DNA from: Malacoraja senta
Taxonomy: Eukaryota
DNA: 64,000 bases
Assembly (NCBI GenBank): GCA_038087875.1
Contig: CM075999.1
Coordinates: forward strand, 4,156,001-4,220,000
Direction: 5' to 3'
The translations under genes and the position numbers were made by a program. This document shows, in pieces, positions 50,301-62,019 of this stretch; the first letter of the stretch is position 1; every line of letters begins with the position of its first letter. The notes under the pieces are model-generated. The model saw nothing but the letters and a program-made list of their open reading frames with translations, made no database searches and was not told where the DNA came from.

Positions 50301-53300
50301 GGCGCGGGCACGGTGGGCGCGGGCACGGTGTGGGTGCGGGCACGGTGAGGGTGAGGGTGCGGTGTGGGTGCGGGCATGGTGTGGGTGCGGGCACGGTGTG
50401 GGTGCGGGCACAGTGTGGGTGCGGGCACGGTGAGGGTGAGGGTGCGGGCACGGTGTGGGTGCGGGCACGGTGAGGGTGCGGGCATGGTGAGGGTGAGGGT
50501 GTGGGTGCGGGCACGGTGAGGGTGAGGGTGTGGGTGTGGGTGCGGGCACGGTGTGGATGCAGGCACGGTGTGGGTGCGGGCATGGTGAGGGTGAGGGTGT
50601 AGGTGCGGGCACGGTGAGGGTGAGGGTGTGGGTGTGGGCACGGTGAGGGTGCGGGCACGGTGAGGGTGCGGGCATGGTGAGGGTGAGGGTGAGGGTGCGG
50701 GCACGGTGTGGGTGAGGGTGTGGGTGCGGGCACGGTGTGGGTGAGGGTGTGGGCACGGTGTGGGTGAGGGTGTGGGTGTGGGTGAGGGTGAGGGTGTGGG
50801 TGTGGGCACGGTGTGGGTGAGGGTGTGGGTGTGGGCACGGTGTGGGTGAGGGTGCGGGCACGGTGTGGGTGAGGGTGTGGGTGTGGGCACGGTGAGGGTG
50901 AGGGTGTGGGTGCGGGCACGGTGTGGGTGAGGGTGCGGGCACGGTGTGGGTGAGGGTGTGGGTGCGGGCACGGTGTGGATGCGGGCACGGTGAGGGTGTG
51001 GGTGCGGGCACGGTGTGGGTGAGGGTGTGGGTGCGGGCACGGTGTGGGTGTGGGTGAGGGTGTGGGTGCGGGCACGGTGTGGGTGAGGGTGCGGGCACGG
51101 TGTGGGTGAGGGTGTGGGTGCGGGCACGGTGTGGATGCGGGCACGGTGAGGGTGTGGGTGCGGGCACGGTGTGGGTGAGGGTGTGGGTGCGGGCACGGTG
51201 TGGGTGAGGGTGTGGGTGCGGGCACGGTGTGGGTGTGGGTGTGGGTGTGGGCACGGTGAGGGTGTGGGTGAGGGTGTGGGTGTGGGTGTGGGTGTGGGTG
51301 TGGGTGTGGGTGTGGGCACGGTGAGGGTGTGGGTGTGGGTGTGGGTGTGGGTGTGGGCACGGTGAGGGTGTGGGTGTGGGTGAGGGTGTGGGTGAGGGTG
51401 CAGGCACGGTGAGGGTGAGGGTGAGGGTGTGGGTGCGAGCACGGTGAGGGTGAGGGTGAGGGTGCGGGCACGGTGAGGGTGCGGGCACGGTGAGGGTGAG
51501 GGTGTGGGCACGGTGAGGGTGAGGGTGCGGGCACGGTGAGGGTGCGGGCACGGTGCGGGCACGGTGAGGGTGCGGGCACGGTGCGGGCACGGTGAGGGTG
51601 AGGGTGTGGGCATGGTGAGGGTGAGGGTGTGGGCACGGTGAGGGTGCAGGCACGGTGAGGGTGAGGGTGTGGGCACGGTGAGGGTGAGGGTGCGGGCACG
51701 GTGAGGGTGCGGGCACGGTGCGGGCACGGTGCGGGCACGGTGAGGGTGTGGGCACGGTGCGGGCACGGTGATGGTGAGGGTGTGGGCACGGTGAGGGTGA
51801 GGGTGTGGGCACGGTGAGGGTGCGGGCACGGTGAGGGTGAGGGTGTGGGCACGGTGAGGGTGCGGGCATGGTGAGGGTGAGGGTGTGGGTGTGGGCACGG
51901 TGAGGGTGAGGGTGCGGGCACGGTGCGGGCACGGTGAGGGTGAGGGTGCGGGCACGGTGAGGGTGAGGGTGCGGGCACGGTGAGGGTGAGGGTGCGGGGC
52001 ACGGTGAGGGTGAGGGTGCGGGCACGGTGAGGGTGAGGGTGCGGGCACGGTGAGGGTGTGGGTGCGGGCACGGTGAGGGTGAGGGTGCGGGCACGGTGAG
52101 GGTGAGGGTGCGGGCACGGTGAGGGTGAGGGTGCGGGCACGGTGAGGGTGAGGGTGCGGGCACGGTGAGGGTGAGGGTGCGGGCACGGTGAGGGTGTGGG
52201 TGCGGGCACGGTGTGGGTGCGGGCACGGTGAGGGTGCGGGCACGGTGCGGGTGCGGGCACGGTGCGGGTGCGGTGTGGGTGCGGGCACGGTGAGGGTGAG
52301 GGTGTGGGTGTGGGCACGGTGTGGGTGAGGGTGCGGGCACGGTGAGGGTGAGGGTGTGGGTGTGGGCAAGGTGAGGGTGCGGGCACGGTGAGGGTGCGGG
52401 CACGGTGAGGGTGAGGGTGAGGGTGCGGGCACGGTGAGGGTGCGGGCACGGTGAGGGTGCAGGCACGGTGAGGGTGAGGGTGTGGGCACGGTGAGGGTGA
52501 GGGTGCGGGCACGGTGAGGGTGAGGGTGTGGGCAAGGTGAGGGTGCGGGCACGGTGAGGGTGCGGGCACGGTGAGGGTGAGGGTGAGGGTGCGGGCACGG
52601 TGAGGGTGCGGGCACGGTGAGGGTGCAGGCACGGTGAGGGTGAGGGTGTGGGCACGGTGAGGGTGAGGGTGCGGGCACGGTGAGGGTGCGGGCACGGTGA
52701 GGGTGAGGGTGTGGGTGTGGGCATGGTGTGTGTGAGGGTGCGGGCACGGTGAGGGTGAGGGTGTGGGTGTGGGCAAGGTGAGGGTGCGGGCACGGTGAGG
52801 GTGCGGGCACGGTGAGGGTGAGGGTGAGGGTGCGGGCACGGTGAGGGTGCGGGCACGGTGAGGGTGCAGGCACGGTGAGGGTGAGGGTGTGGGCACGGTG
52901 AGGGTGAGGGTGCGGGCACGGTGTGGGTGCGGGCACGGTGAGGGTGAGGGTGTGGGTGTGGGCACGGTGAGGGTGAGGGTGCGGGCACGGTGAGGGTGAG
53001 GGTGTGGGTGCGGGCACGGTGAGGGTGCGGGCACGGTGAGGGTGAGGGTGTGGGTGCGGGCACGGTGTGGGTGCGGGCACGGTGAGGGTGAGGGTGTGGG
53101 TGCGGGCACGGTGAGGGTGCGGGCACGGTGAGGGTGAGGGTGTGGGTGTGGGCACGGTGAGGGTGAGGGTGCGGGCACGGTGAGGGTGTGGGTGCGGGCA
53201 CGGTGAGGGTGCGGGCACGGTGAGGGTGAGGGTGAGGGTGCGGGCACGGTGAGGGTGCGGGCACGGTGAGGGTGAGGGTGTGGGTGTAGGCACGGTGAGG

Positions 53301-54888
53301 GTGAGGGTGCGGGCACGGCGAGGGTGCGGGCACGGTGAGGGTGAAGGTGTGGGTGCGGGCACGGTGTGGGTGCGGGCACGGTGAGGGTGAGGGTGTGGGT
53401 GCGGGCACGGTGAGGGTGCGGGCACGGTGAGGGTGAGGGTGTGGGTGTGGGCACGGTGAGGGTGAGGGTGCGGGCACGGTGAGGGTGAGGGTGTGGGTGC
53501 GGGCACGGTGAGGGTGCGGGCACGGTGAGGGTGAAGGTGTGGGTGCGGGCACGGTGTGGGTGCGGGCACGGTGAGGGTGAGGGTGTGGGGTGCGGGCACG
53601 GTGAGGGTGCGGGCACGGTGAGGGTGAGGGTGTGGGTGTGGGCACGGTGAGGGTGAGGGTGCGGGCACGGTGAGGGTGCGGGCACGGTGAGGGTGCGGGC
53701 ACGGTGCGGGCACGGTGAGGGTGCGGGCACGGTAAGGGTGAGGGTGCGGGCACGGTGAGGGTGAGGGTGTGGGCACGGTGAGGGTGCGGGCACGGTGAGG
53801 GTGAGGGTGCGGGCACGGTGAGGGTGTGGGTGTGGGCACGGTGAGGGTGCGGGCACAGTGAGGGTGAGGGTGCGGGCATGGTGAGGGTGAGGGTGCGGGC
53901 ACGGTGAGGGTGTGGGTGCGGGCACGGTGAGGGTGCGGGCACGGTGAGGGTGAGGGTGCGGGCACGGTGAGGGTGTGGGTGCGGGCACGGTGAGGGTGCG
54001 GGCACGGTGAGGGTGCAGGCACGGTGAGGGTGTGGGTGCGGGCACGGTGAGGGTGCGGGCACGGTGAGGGTGTGGGTGCGGGCACGGTGAGGGTGCGGGC
54101 ACGGTGAGGGTGCAGGCACGGTGAGGGTGTGGGTGTGGGCACGGTGCGGGCACGGTGTGGGTGCGGGTGCGGGCACGGTGAGGGTGTGGGTGTGGGCACG
54201 GTGAGGGTGTGGGTGTGGGCACGGTGCGGGCACGGTGTGGGTGCGGGTGCGGGCACGGTGTGGGTGAGGGTGCGGGCACGGTGAGGGTGTGGGTGCGGGC
54301 ACGGTGAGGGTGCGGGCACGGTGAGGGTGAGGGTGCGGGCACGGTGAGGGTGTGGGTGCGGGCACGGTGAGGGTGCGGGCACGGTGCGGGCACGGTGAGG
54401 GTGCGGGCACGGTGTGGGTGCGGGCACGGTGCGGGCACGGTGAGGGTGCGGGCACGGTGAGGGTGCGGGCACGGTGTGGGTGCGGGCGGGCACGGTGAGG
54501 GTGCGGGCACGGTGAGGGTGCGGGCACGGTGAGGGTGCGGGCACGGTGCGGGCACGGTGAGGGTGCGGGCACGGTGAGGGTGCGGGCACGGTGAGGGTGT
54601 GGGTGCGGGCACGGTGAGGGTGCGGGCACGGTGAGGGTGCGGGCACGGTGTGGGTGCGGGCACGGTGCGGGCACGGTGAGGGTGCGGGCACGGTGAGGGT
54701 GCGGGCACGGTGTGGGTGCGGGCACGGTGCGGGCACGGTGAGGGTGTGGGCACGGTGAGGGTGCGGGCACGGTGAGGGTGCGGGCACGGTGCGGGTGCGG
54801 GCACGGTGCGGGTGCGGGCATGGTGCGGGCACGGTGTGGGTGCGGGCATGGTGCGGGCACGGTGAGGGTGAGGGTGCGGGCGGGCACG
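47334..54888. repeat. ~7.5-kb G-rich hexamer-based minisatellite (GGGTGC/GGGCAC/GGTGTG/GGTGAG)
   Basis: Continuous array; produces three ~2500-aa low-complexity ORFs on the minus strand. Confidence 0.98.
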
Positions 54889-54889
54889 A

Positions 54890-55370
54890 CGCGGGATTGT
54901 CGCTACTCACTGGCATCAGGAGATGGAGTGGTTTAGCGACAACTCCGCTCGGGCTTCTCCGATTGATCAGAATGCGGTGCCGGGGGCGGCGGCTCAGCCG
55001 GTTCACGGCCCCGCGTCACAATCAGCGCCGTCAATGGACGTCGGCAACGCGCCTCGGGAGCGAGCGCCGCCGCCGGGCCGCGGGAGCGAGCGCCGCCGCC
55101 GGGCCGCGGGAGCGAGCGCCGCCGCCGGGCCTCGGGAGCGCGCAGTTCCGCTGCGCTGGCGGGGATTGGGCGCAGCTCCGGCCTTTTCCCGATCGGGGGC
55201 GACTCGCTCCGGGAGTTGCCGAGGGCTTTGTCCCGGATTAGAACCGTTTGGTCTGGTTTCAGATCCGTGGTGTCCGGTCCGGCCCGGGCCGCGGCACCCT
55301 CCCGCCGGTCACCCCGCGCCGCGCGGACAGAGCCCCGGGGACGGGCCGAGTGGTCGCGGCGGGATGTTGG
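54890..55370. promoter_or_regulatory. CpG island / probable FAM229A promoter
   Basis: Very CpG-rich non-repeat sequence with an ATTGG box (~55165), GC boxes and three tandem cgggagcgagcgccgccgccgggcc units. Confidence 0.6.
54911..55020 (-). other. FAM229A: Probable non-coding first exon (5' UTR) of FAM229A; 5' boundary unknown
   Basis: Consensus donor CCA|GTGAGT at 54910-54905 just beyond the repeat, within a CpG island; an in-frame TAA upstream of the main ATG after splicing; the exon at 47297 needs an upstream partner. Confidence 0.55.
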
Positions 55371-55514
55371 AGACATCTTGATCATCGCTCCTCAACCTTC
55401 AAACTGGTGATTGGACGGAGTTATAAACAGAGAACCAGCGGGTCGGGCAGCATCTGTGGAGAAGGAGCGGGAACACGTGATCAGAAACACGAGCTTGGTT
55501 CTCTTTGGATGAAA

Positions 55515-56312
55515 CATCAATGATTTGGATGAGAACATACAGGGCAAGATTAGCAAGTTTGCTGATGATACAAAAGTTAGTTGTTTTGCCGATAGTGAAG
55601 AAGGTTGTGAAAGATTGCAGCAGGATCTGGATCGATTGGCCAGGTGGGCGGAGAATGGTTGATGGAATTTAATACAGAGAAGTGTGAGGTGTTACATATT
55701 GGGATGTGGAACAAGGGCAGGACCTACACAGTAAATGGTAGGCCTCTGGGTAGTGTTGTAGAGCAGAGGGATCTCGGAGTGCAGGTGCATGGTTCCTTGA
55801 AGGTCGAGTCGCAGGTAGATAAGGTGGTCAAAAAGGCTTTTGGCTCTTTGGCCTTCATCAGTCAGAGTATTGAGTATAGAAGTTGGGAGGTCATGTTGCA
55901 GTTGTATAAGACATTGGTGAGACCTCATTTAGAATATTGTGTTCAGTTCTGGGCATCATGTTATAGGAAAGATTGAAAGGGTTCAGAATAGATTTACGAT
56001 GATGTTGCCAGGACTAGAGGGTGTGGGCTATATGGATAGGTTAAGTAGGCTGGGTCTCTACTCCTTGGAGCGCAGGAGGATGAAGGGTGATCTTATAAAG
56101 GTGTGTAAAATCATGAGAGGAATAGATCGGGTAGATGCACAGAGTATCTTGCCCGGAGTGGGGAATCGAAGACCAGATGACATGGGTTCAAGGAGAAGGG
56201 GAAAATATTTAATAGGAATCTGAGGGGTAACTTTTTCACACAGAGGGTGGTGGGTTTATTGAACAAGCTGCCAGAGGAGGTAGTTGAGGCTGGGACTATC
56301 CCAACGTTTAAA
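55515..56312 (+). mobile_element. CR1 LINE 3' fragment between FAM229A and TSSK3
   Basis: INDLDE...KFADDTK; WLMEFNTEKCEVLH...LVRPHLEYCVQFW. Confidence 0.9.
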
Positions 56313-56419
56313 ACAATGACCCACATCGGCTCCAATCAGACTGTGCCTTTGACGGAGAGATTTCTCCTCGCCTGCAGCGAGACGGTCCCGGATGGGCCGA
56401 GTTCCCCCCGACGCTGGCC

Positions 56420-56630
56420 CTGTTTCACGGTAACAGGACCCGCCTGTGTCGTGGAATTAAGGGGTTAACTTGATCACCTCTACCGCCGCGGCAAGAGATC
56501 ATGCACCAAAGATAACCAGGCGCCAGTAACCAGTTAAACCATCAATGCTTGTAGCGGGCGGGCGGGGATCCCACAAGTCTCCTTAGTAACAGCGAAATTG
56601 TGGCATCACAATCGGGCCACATTTATATCT
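56420..56630 (+). promoter_or_regulatory. Probable TSSK3 proximal promoter (X-box-like motifs, GC box, TATA-like)
   Basis: GTTTCACGGTAAC (56422-56434), GGGCGGGCGGGG (~56556), GTCTCCTTAGTAAC (56577-56590), TTTATAT (~56622), upstream of the ATG at 56794. Confidence 0.45.
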
Positions 56631-56766
56631 CTGGGATTACTTTGCCTGAGTGGTCACACCCGGGATTGCTTTTTTTATAATGTTCAATTTTAGAAATAAT
56701 TTAGGAAGCCCAGAAACGTTGGTTAGGTTCCGTGGAACTGGATAAATTGAGGAATGTGATCGCTGA

Positions 56767-57018
<252 letters not shown>

Positions 57019-59027
57019 TAGTGTCCGCTCAGCTGATGACAGTTTCCGCCGGTGACGGACAGCTTTAGCTCAAGGCTCGTCATAGAGTCACAGAGCTGTA
57101 CAGCACGGAGACAGGCCCTTCGGCCCACCTTGTCCATGCCGACCAAGTTGGCGTACAGGGCAAGTCCCATGTGGCTGTCCTTGGCCCATGTCCCTGTAAC
57201 CCCTGTCTATCCACACATCTGTCCAAGGGGAGACACACGGATCTGCAGATGCTGGAATCTTGCGCAGACCAGGAAATGATGAGTAAGTCAGCGTCTCTGG
57301 ACAACATGGTGAGGTGACATTTCGGGTCGGGACCCTTCCATTTACATCTGTCCAATAGTCTTTTAAAACTTGTAATTGTACCCGCCTCTATAGCTTCCTC
57401 TGGCAGCTCGTTCCAGGCGCGGACTACCGTCCGAGTGGAAAACTTGTCCCGTGGCCAGTCTTAAATCACCTCTCTCTCGCTCCAAGCCTCTGCCCTGTAG
57501 GTCTAGAGTCCTCTGCCACGGAAAATAGTGTGAACGTTCAACTTTATACGTGCCCCTCATGATCTTGTACACCTCAGTAAGGTCACCCCTCACCCCCTCC
57601 CCCTCCCCCACCCCGCTCCAAAGTTAAAGTCCCAATCTATCCGTCACCCGGGTAACATCCTGGCGATTCGCATCTTCACCCTTTCCAATGTAATGAATCT
57701 GATGTGATGGGCAAAGTTCATGTCCATAAGAGATAGAAGCAGAATTGGGCCATTCGGCCCATCAGGCTTACTCCGCCATTCAATCATGGCTGATCTATCT
57801 CTCCCTCCTAACTCCACCCTCCCGCCTTCTCCCCATAGCCCCTGACAATGTGATGTGATGGATGGAGAGGGTATACGGTACAACAACGCTCCCGTTATGG
57901 GGGGGGGACGTGAGGATGGGGTCAGGATGAGAGGGGTCTGAGGAGACTTCTCCATACAGAATCTAGTACACGGTGGGCGCAGAGACGCGGCGCGGACGGC
58001 ACTAATCGCCCAGATGTTGACTCTCAGGTGGTGGGGATAGATTTACCTGATAGCCAGCAGAGACACGATGGGCCGAAGCGCCTATTCCACGCTGTTTGGT
58101 TGGATGATGGAGGAGTGAAGCAGTGGAACAAATTTATCTTTAGCACTAGTAAAAAAAATGCTGGAGGAAGTCAGCGAGTCGAGCAGCATCTGTGGAGACA
58201 GAGACCCCCTCCCACGACGCCCCCCCCCCCTCCATCCTCCCTTCCCGCGGGCGGGGCAGTAAATGCCCCAACAGTTTCGCTGTTGAAACCGAAGGGAAGG
58301 GGAACGTTTTGTCTTTGCTGATTGATCAGTTCACGAAAGTCAGAGTTACAGAGCTGTACAAAACAGGCCCTTCGGCCCAACTTGTCAATGCCCACCAAGT
58401 CAGCAAAGCGGGCTAGTCCAATATGGCCCAATCCCTGAAACCCCCTCCTAGCCACAGATCTGCTCCAAATGTCTTTATTAACTTCATCTGATGCTTATTC
58501 CAGATACAAACCATACTCAGTGGAAAAGTTACCCCGAGGATGGGAGCGTGGACTCCCTCTTAAATCTACCCCCTCTCGCCTTAATCCTATGCCCTCTAGT
58601 TCCGGATCCTCTCCCCTGGGAAAAGGACTTTGAGCGTTCACTTTATCCGTGCCTCTCATGATATTTGTACACCTCAATAATGTCACCCTTCAGCCTCCTA
58701 CAAAGAAAAAAGGCCCAGCCTATCCAACCAGGTGGAATTCTCTGCCACAGAAGGCAGTGGAGGCCAACTCACTGGATGTTTTCAACAGCTCCTAGGCTAA
58801 TGGGGAGACAGCAGGAACGGGGTGCTGATTGTGGATGATCAGCCATGATCATATTGAATGCGGTGCTGACTCGAAGGGGCCGAATGACATCCTCATGCAC
58901 CTATTTTCTATGTTTCTCACCTCCTATAATTCAAGCCCAAAATTGGGGCCGGTGCGGTTCTGCTGGCCGGGGTGGTTTATGGGCCGGGACGGTTCTTGAA
59001 GCTGATTCATGCGCTATCCACCTGCAG

Positions 59028-59696
59028 ATTTCATCCACAAATTCCTGCCGCGGGAGCTGCAGATCGTGCAGGTTTTGGATCACCAGAACATCGTGAAGGT
59101 ACACGAGGTGTGGGAGTCTGAGGACGGCCGTATCGGCATGGTGATGGAGCTGGCAGAGGGCGGCGATATCTTGGAGCACATCCGCAGGGAGGGTCCGCTG
59201 TCCGAGCTGCTGGCGCGGCCGCTTTTCCGCCAGTTAGTGAACGCTATCCGCTATTGCCACGACCGCGGCATCGCGCACCGCGACCTCAAGTGCGAGAACA
59301 CACTGCTGGACAAAAGCTTCAACGTCAAGCTAGCCGACTTCGGCTTCGCCACGCACTTTGGCGGCGGCGCGGCCGAGCTGAGCCAGACTTTCTGCGGCAG
59401 CACGGCGTACGCGGCGCCCGAGGTTCTGCAAGGAGTGCCGCACCAGAGCTCCAAGAGCGACGTGTGGAGTTTGGGCATCGTGTTGTACATCGTGCTGTGC
59501 GGACACCTGCCCTTCGACGACTCCAACATCCCCAAGATGCTGTGGTTGCAACAGAACGGTGTCGCCTTCCCGCAGCAGCGCCAGCTGAGCCGCGAGGTCC
59601 GCGACCTGGTCGGCCGCTTGTTGGAGCCAGACTGCTCTCTCAGGCCCCTCATCTCCCACGTCTGCTCGCACCCCTTGGCTGGCGGAGCCGCAATAA
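59028..59696 (+). CDS. TSSK3: Testis-specific serine/threonine kinase 3, exon 2 (apparent +1 frameshift at ~59671-59674 as assembled)
   Basis: ccacctgcAG|AT acceptor (phase 1); FLPRELQIV...MELAEGGD...HRDLKCEN...DFG...LSQTFCGSTAYAAPEVLQG...DVWSLG...LPFDDSNIPKMLW. Removing one C gives HPWLAEPQ* (~270 aa), with AATAAA at 59692-59697. Confidence 0.93.
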
Positions 59697-59769
59697 AATG
59701 CCTTCACTGGCGGCTCGCCTCTGTCCCTCGCTCCCGCCCACCGGCCCGCGTCTGGCCGCTCCAGCACCC

Positions 59770-60085
59770 GCAACCTTCCCACTCCCTCCATCTCCACCCC
59801 CCTCCCACGGCGCCCCCCCCTCCAAACCTCCCCCCCCACCCACGGCGCGTCCCCAAACCCCCCCCCCCGAAAACATCCTCCCCCACGACCCCCCCCAAAT
59901 CTCCTCCCACCCACCCCACGGCGCTTCCCCAAACCCCCTCCCCCCTCACGGCGCTTCCCCCCCCCCACAGCGCCCACAATCTCCTCCCAACCCACCCCAC
60001 GGCGCTTCCCCCAAACCCCCACCCCCCAAAACATCCTCCCCCCTCACGGCGCTTCCCCCCCACAGCGCCCACAATCTCCTCCCCG
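59770..60085. repeat. C-rich low-complexity repeat (CCCACGGCGCTTCCCC-like units)
   Basis: Recurrent cacggcgc units in C-runs downstream of TSSK3. Confidence 0.8.
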
Positions 60086-60631
60086 GCGTGCGAGTGTGAG
60101 TCTGCAAGGGGACAGCCCCGCCCCAGGCGGCGGAGACAGAGGGAATGGGAGGAGGGGCGGGAGAAGTGTAGTCCGGGTACCCGTGAGCATCGGCAGGGTT
60201 GTAGTAGATGTACCATGTGATGGAGACAGAGAGATTAAGAAAGGGGAGAGAGGTCCAGGTGAAGCTGAGAGCAGGTTAGGTTGGTGGCGAAGATAATGAA
60301 ACCCCTAACCCTAATGTTGCGGGGATAGGGCCAGTGTAAACGCTAGGCCCATGGCGACAGCGCTCTGGGTCGGCGGTAGAGCAGAGACCGTGACGGTGGG
60401 GGTCTGTCAGACACAACCTCTGTCCCTGACCACCTTCTCACTTCCCAGTCGCATTAAACGGCTGGACCTGAAACTGTTTCTCTTCCCACATCTACTTCCC
60501 CTCCAGCTGCTTCCTGCATTGTCCTTATTTCAGATTTCCAGCAGCTGTGGTTGTGCTTGAAAGGAGGTGTCAGACCATGCCCCAAGATTGCTGGGCTCAT
60601 GATCCGTGAGCAAGGCTGGCCAGATGTACAG

Positions 60632-60762
60632 CGTCTGAAGAAGGGTCTCAACTCGAACCGTCACCCATTCCTTCTCTCCGGAGATGCTGCCTGTCCCGCT
60701 GAGTCACTCCAGCATTTTGTGTCTATCTTTGGTTTAAACACACATCTGCAGTTCCTTCCTAC
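60632..60762 (+). mobile_element. Penelope-derived short repeat with near-intact hammerhead core
   Basis: gtCTGAAGAagggtctcaactcGAAccGTCaccc...gatgctgcctgtcccgctgagtcactccagc...catctgcagttcc. Confidence 0.7.
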
Positions 60763-62019
60763 CCAGCTGTATATAAAGGGGTGGAGAAATGGCAGATGGA
60801 ATTTAATCCAAGCAAGACTTAAGTTTGATTGTAAGGGGAAAATATACAATTAAGAACATGATTCTCAACAGCAGTGAGGTAGAGGGATCTTGGGCTCCAA
60901 GTCCAGAGCTCTCTGAAAGTGGCATCACAAGTAGATAGTAGTAAAAAAGGCATATGGTATTCTTGCTTTCATAGGTCAGAGCATTGATTACAAGAGTCAG
61001 GATGTCATGATGCAGTTTGAGAGGACTTTGGTCCAGCCACATTTGGAATATTACATGCAGTTCTGGTCTCTCTATTAGAGGGTGGATGTGGAGGCTTTGG
61101 AAAGGGTGCAGATGAAATTTGCTGGTATTTAGGGAGTATTAGCAACAAACTTTTATTGTTTTCTCTGGAATGCCAGAGGCTGCAGAGAGACCTTGTAGAA
61201 GTATAAACAGTATGAGAGGCATAGCTTCATGGTGAGAGGGGCAAAGTTCAAGGGAGATGTGCAGAGCAACACACTCACTGGTGAGTGCCAGGAACATGCT
61301 GCCAAGGTTCGTGGTGGAGGCAGATACAATAATGGCATTGAAGAGGCTTTTGCAGAGGTACATGGAAATGCAGGAATAGGAGGCATAGATAGGTGGTCTT
61401 GGCATTATGTTCAGCTCCCGGCACTGTGGGCCAAAGGGCCTGTCCTTGTGCTGTTCTATGTCTCCAACTTCCACTAAAAGGAAAAGCAATCCTCAAATCA
61501 GCAAGGACAGAACGTTGCTATGGAAACCCGGGCCCAGGAGTCCAGGCAAGGAGTCCGTCCCATGATGTTGCTGGGATCAGGAGGTCGGTTATCGCTGCCC
61601 AGTCGTACAATAACCTTCCCTGAGAAGTTTTGCTGCTGCCTGCAACACTTGAATGTTTAAATCGCAAACATGGCAATAAAGAATCACATTATAACTATGT
61701 ACTTTATATAAAACAAACAGTAACTTCAATATTTGCTTTTATTATGCACTGTTTCCAAGTAGTAAAAAACTGACATTAGACATTAGAGATCCTTAGATTT
61801 GGAAACTCAAACATTAAGTTTAATAATGCATAATTTTTCTAAAGACCAATGATTTTCAAGAAATGCTATTTCTTAAAACAAGAGCTGTACGGAGACAAGG
61901 CTATAAGGTATTCGGAAAATGTAAAAATGGTGGGTGCTGGAAATCTGAAATGAGAGAGAGAACGCTGAAAATGTTCAGTAGGTCAGGCAGCATGTGTGGA
62001 GAGAAAGTCAATGTATCAT

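Noticed and set aside
47173..55006. Three ~2500-aa ORFs as a giant Pro/His/Cys protein gene
   Set aside because: All three frames are open because the C-rich hexamer repeat cannot spell stop codons; only the terminal 40 codons (FAM229A exon) are supported as coding.
59697..60220. Pro-rich C-terminal extension of the 403-aa kinase ORF
   Set aside because: It depends on a single extra C and runs through low-complexity repeat past an AATAAA; the conserved HPWL end and a stop lie in the shifted frame.
60298..60315. Interstitial telomere (CCCTAACCCTAA)
   Set aside because: Only two units; expected by chance.
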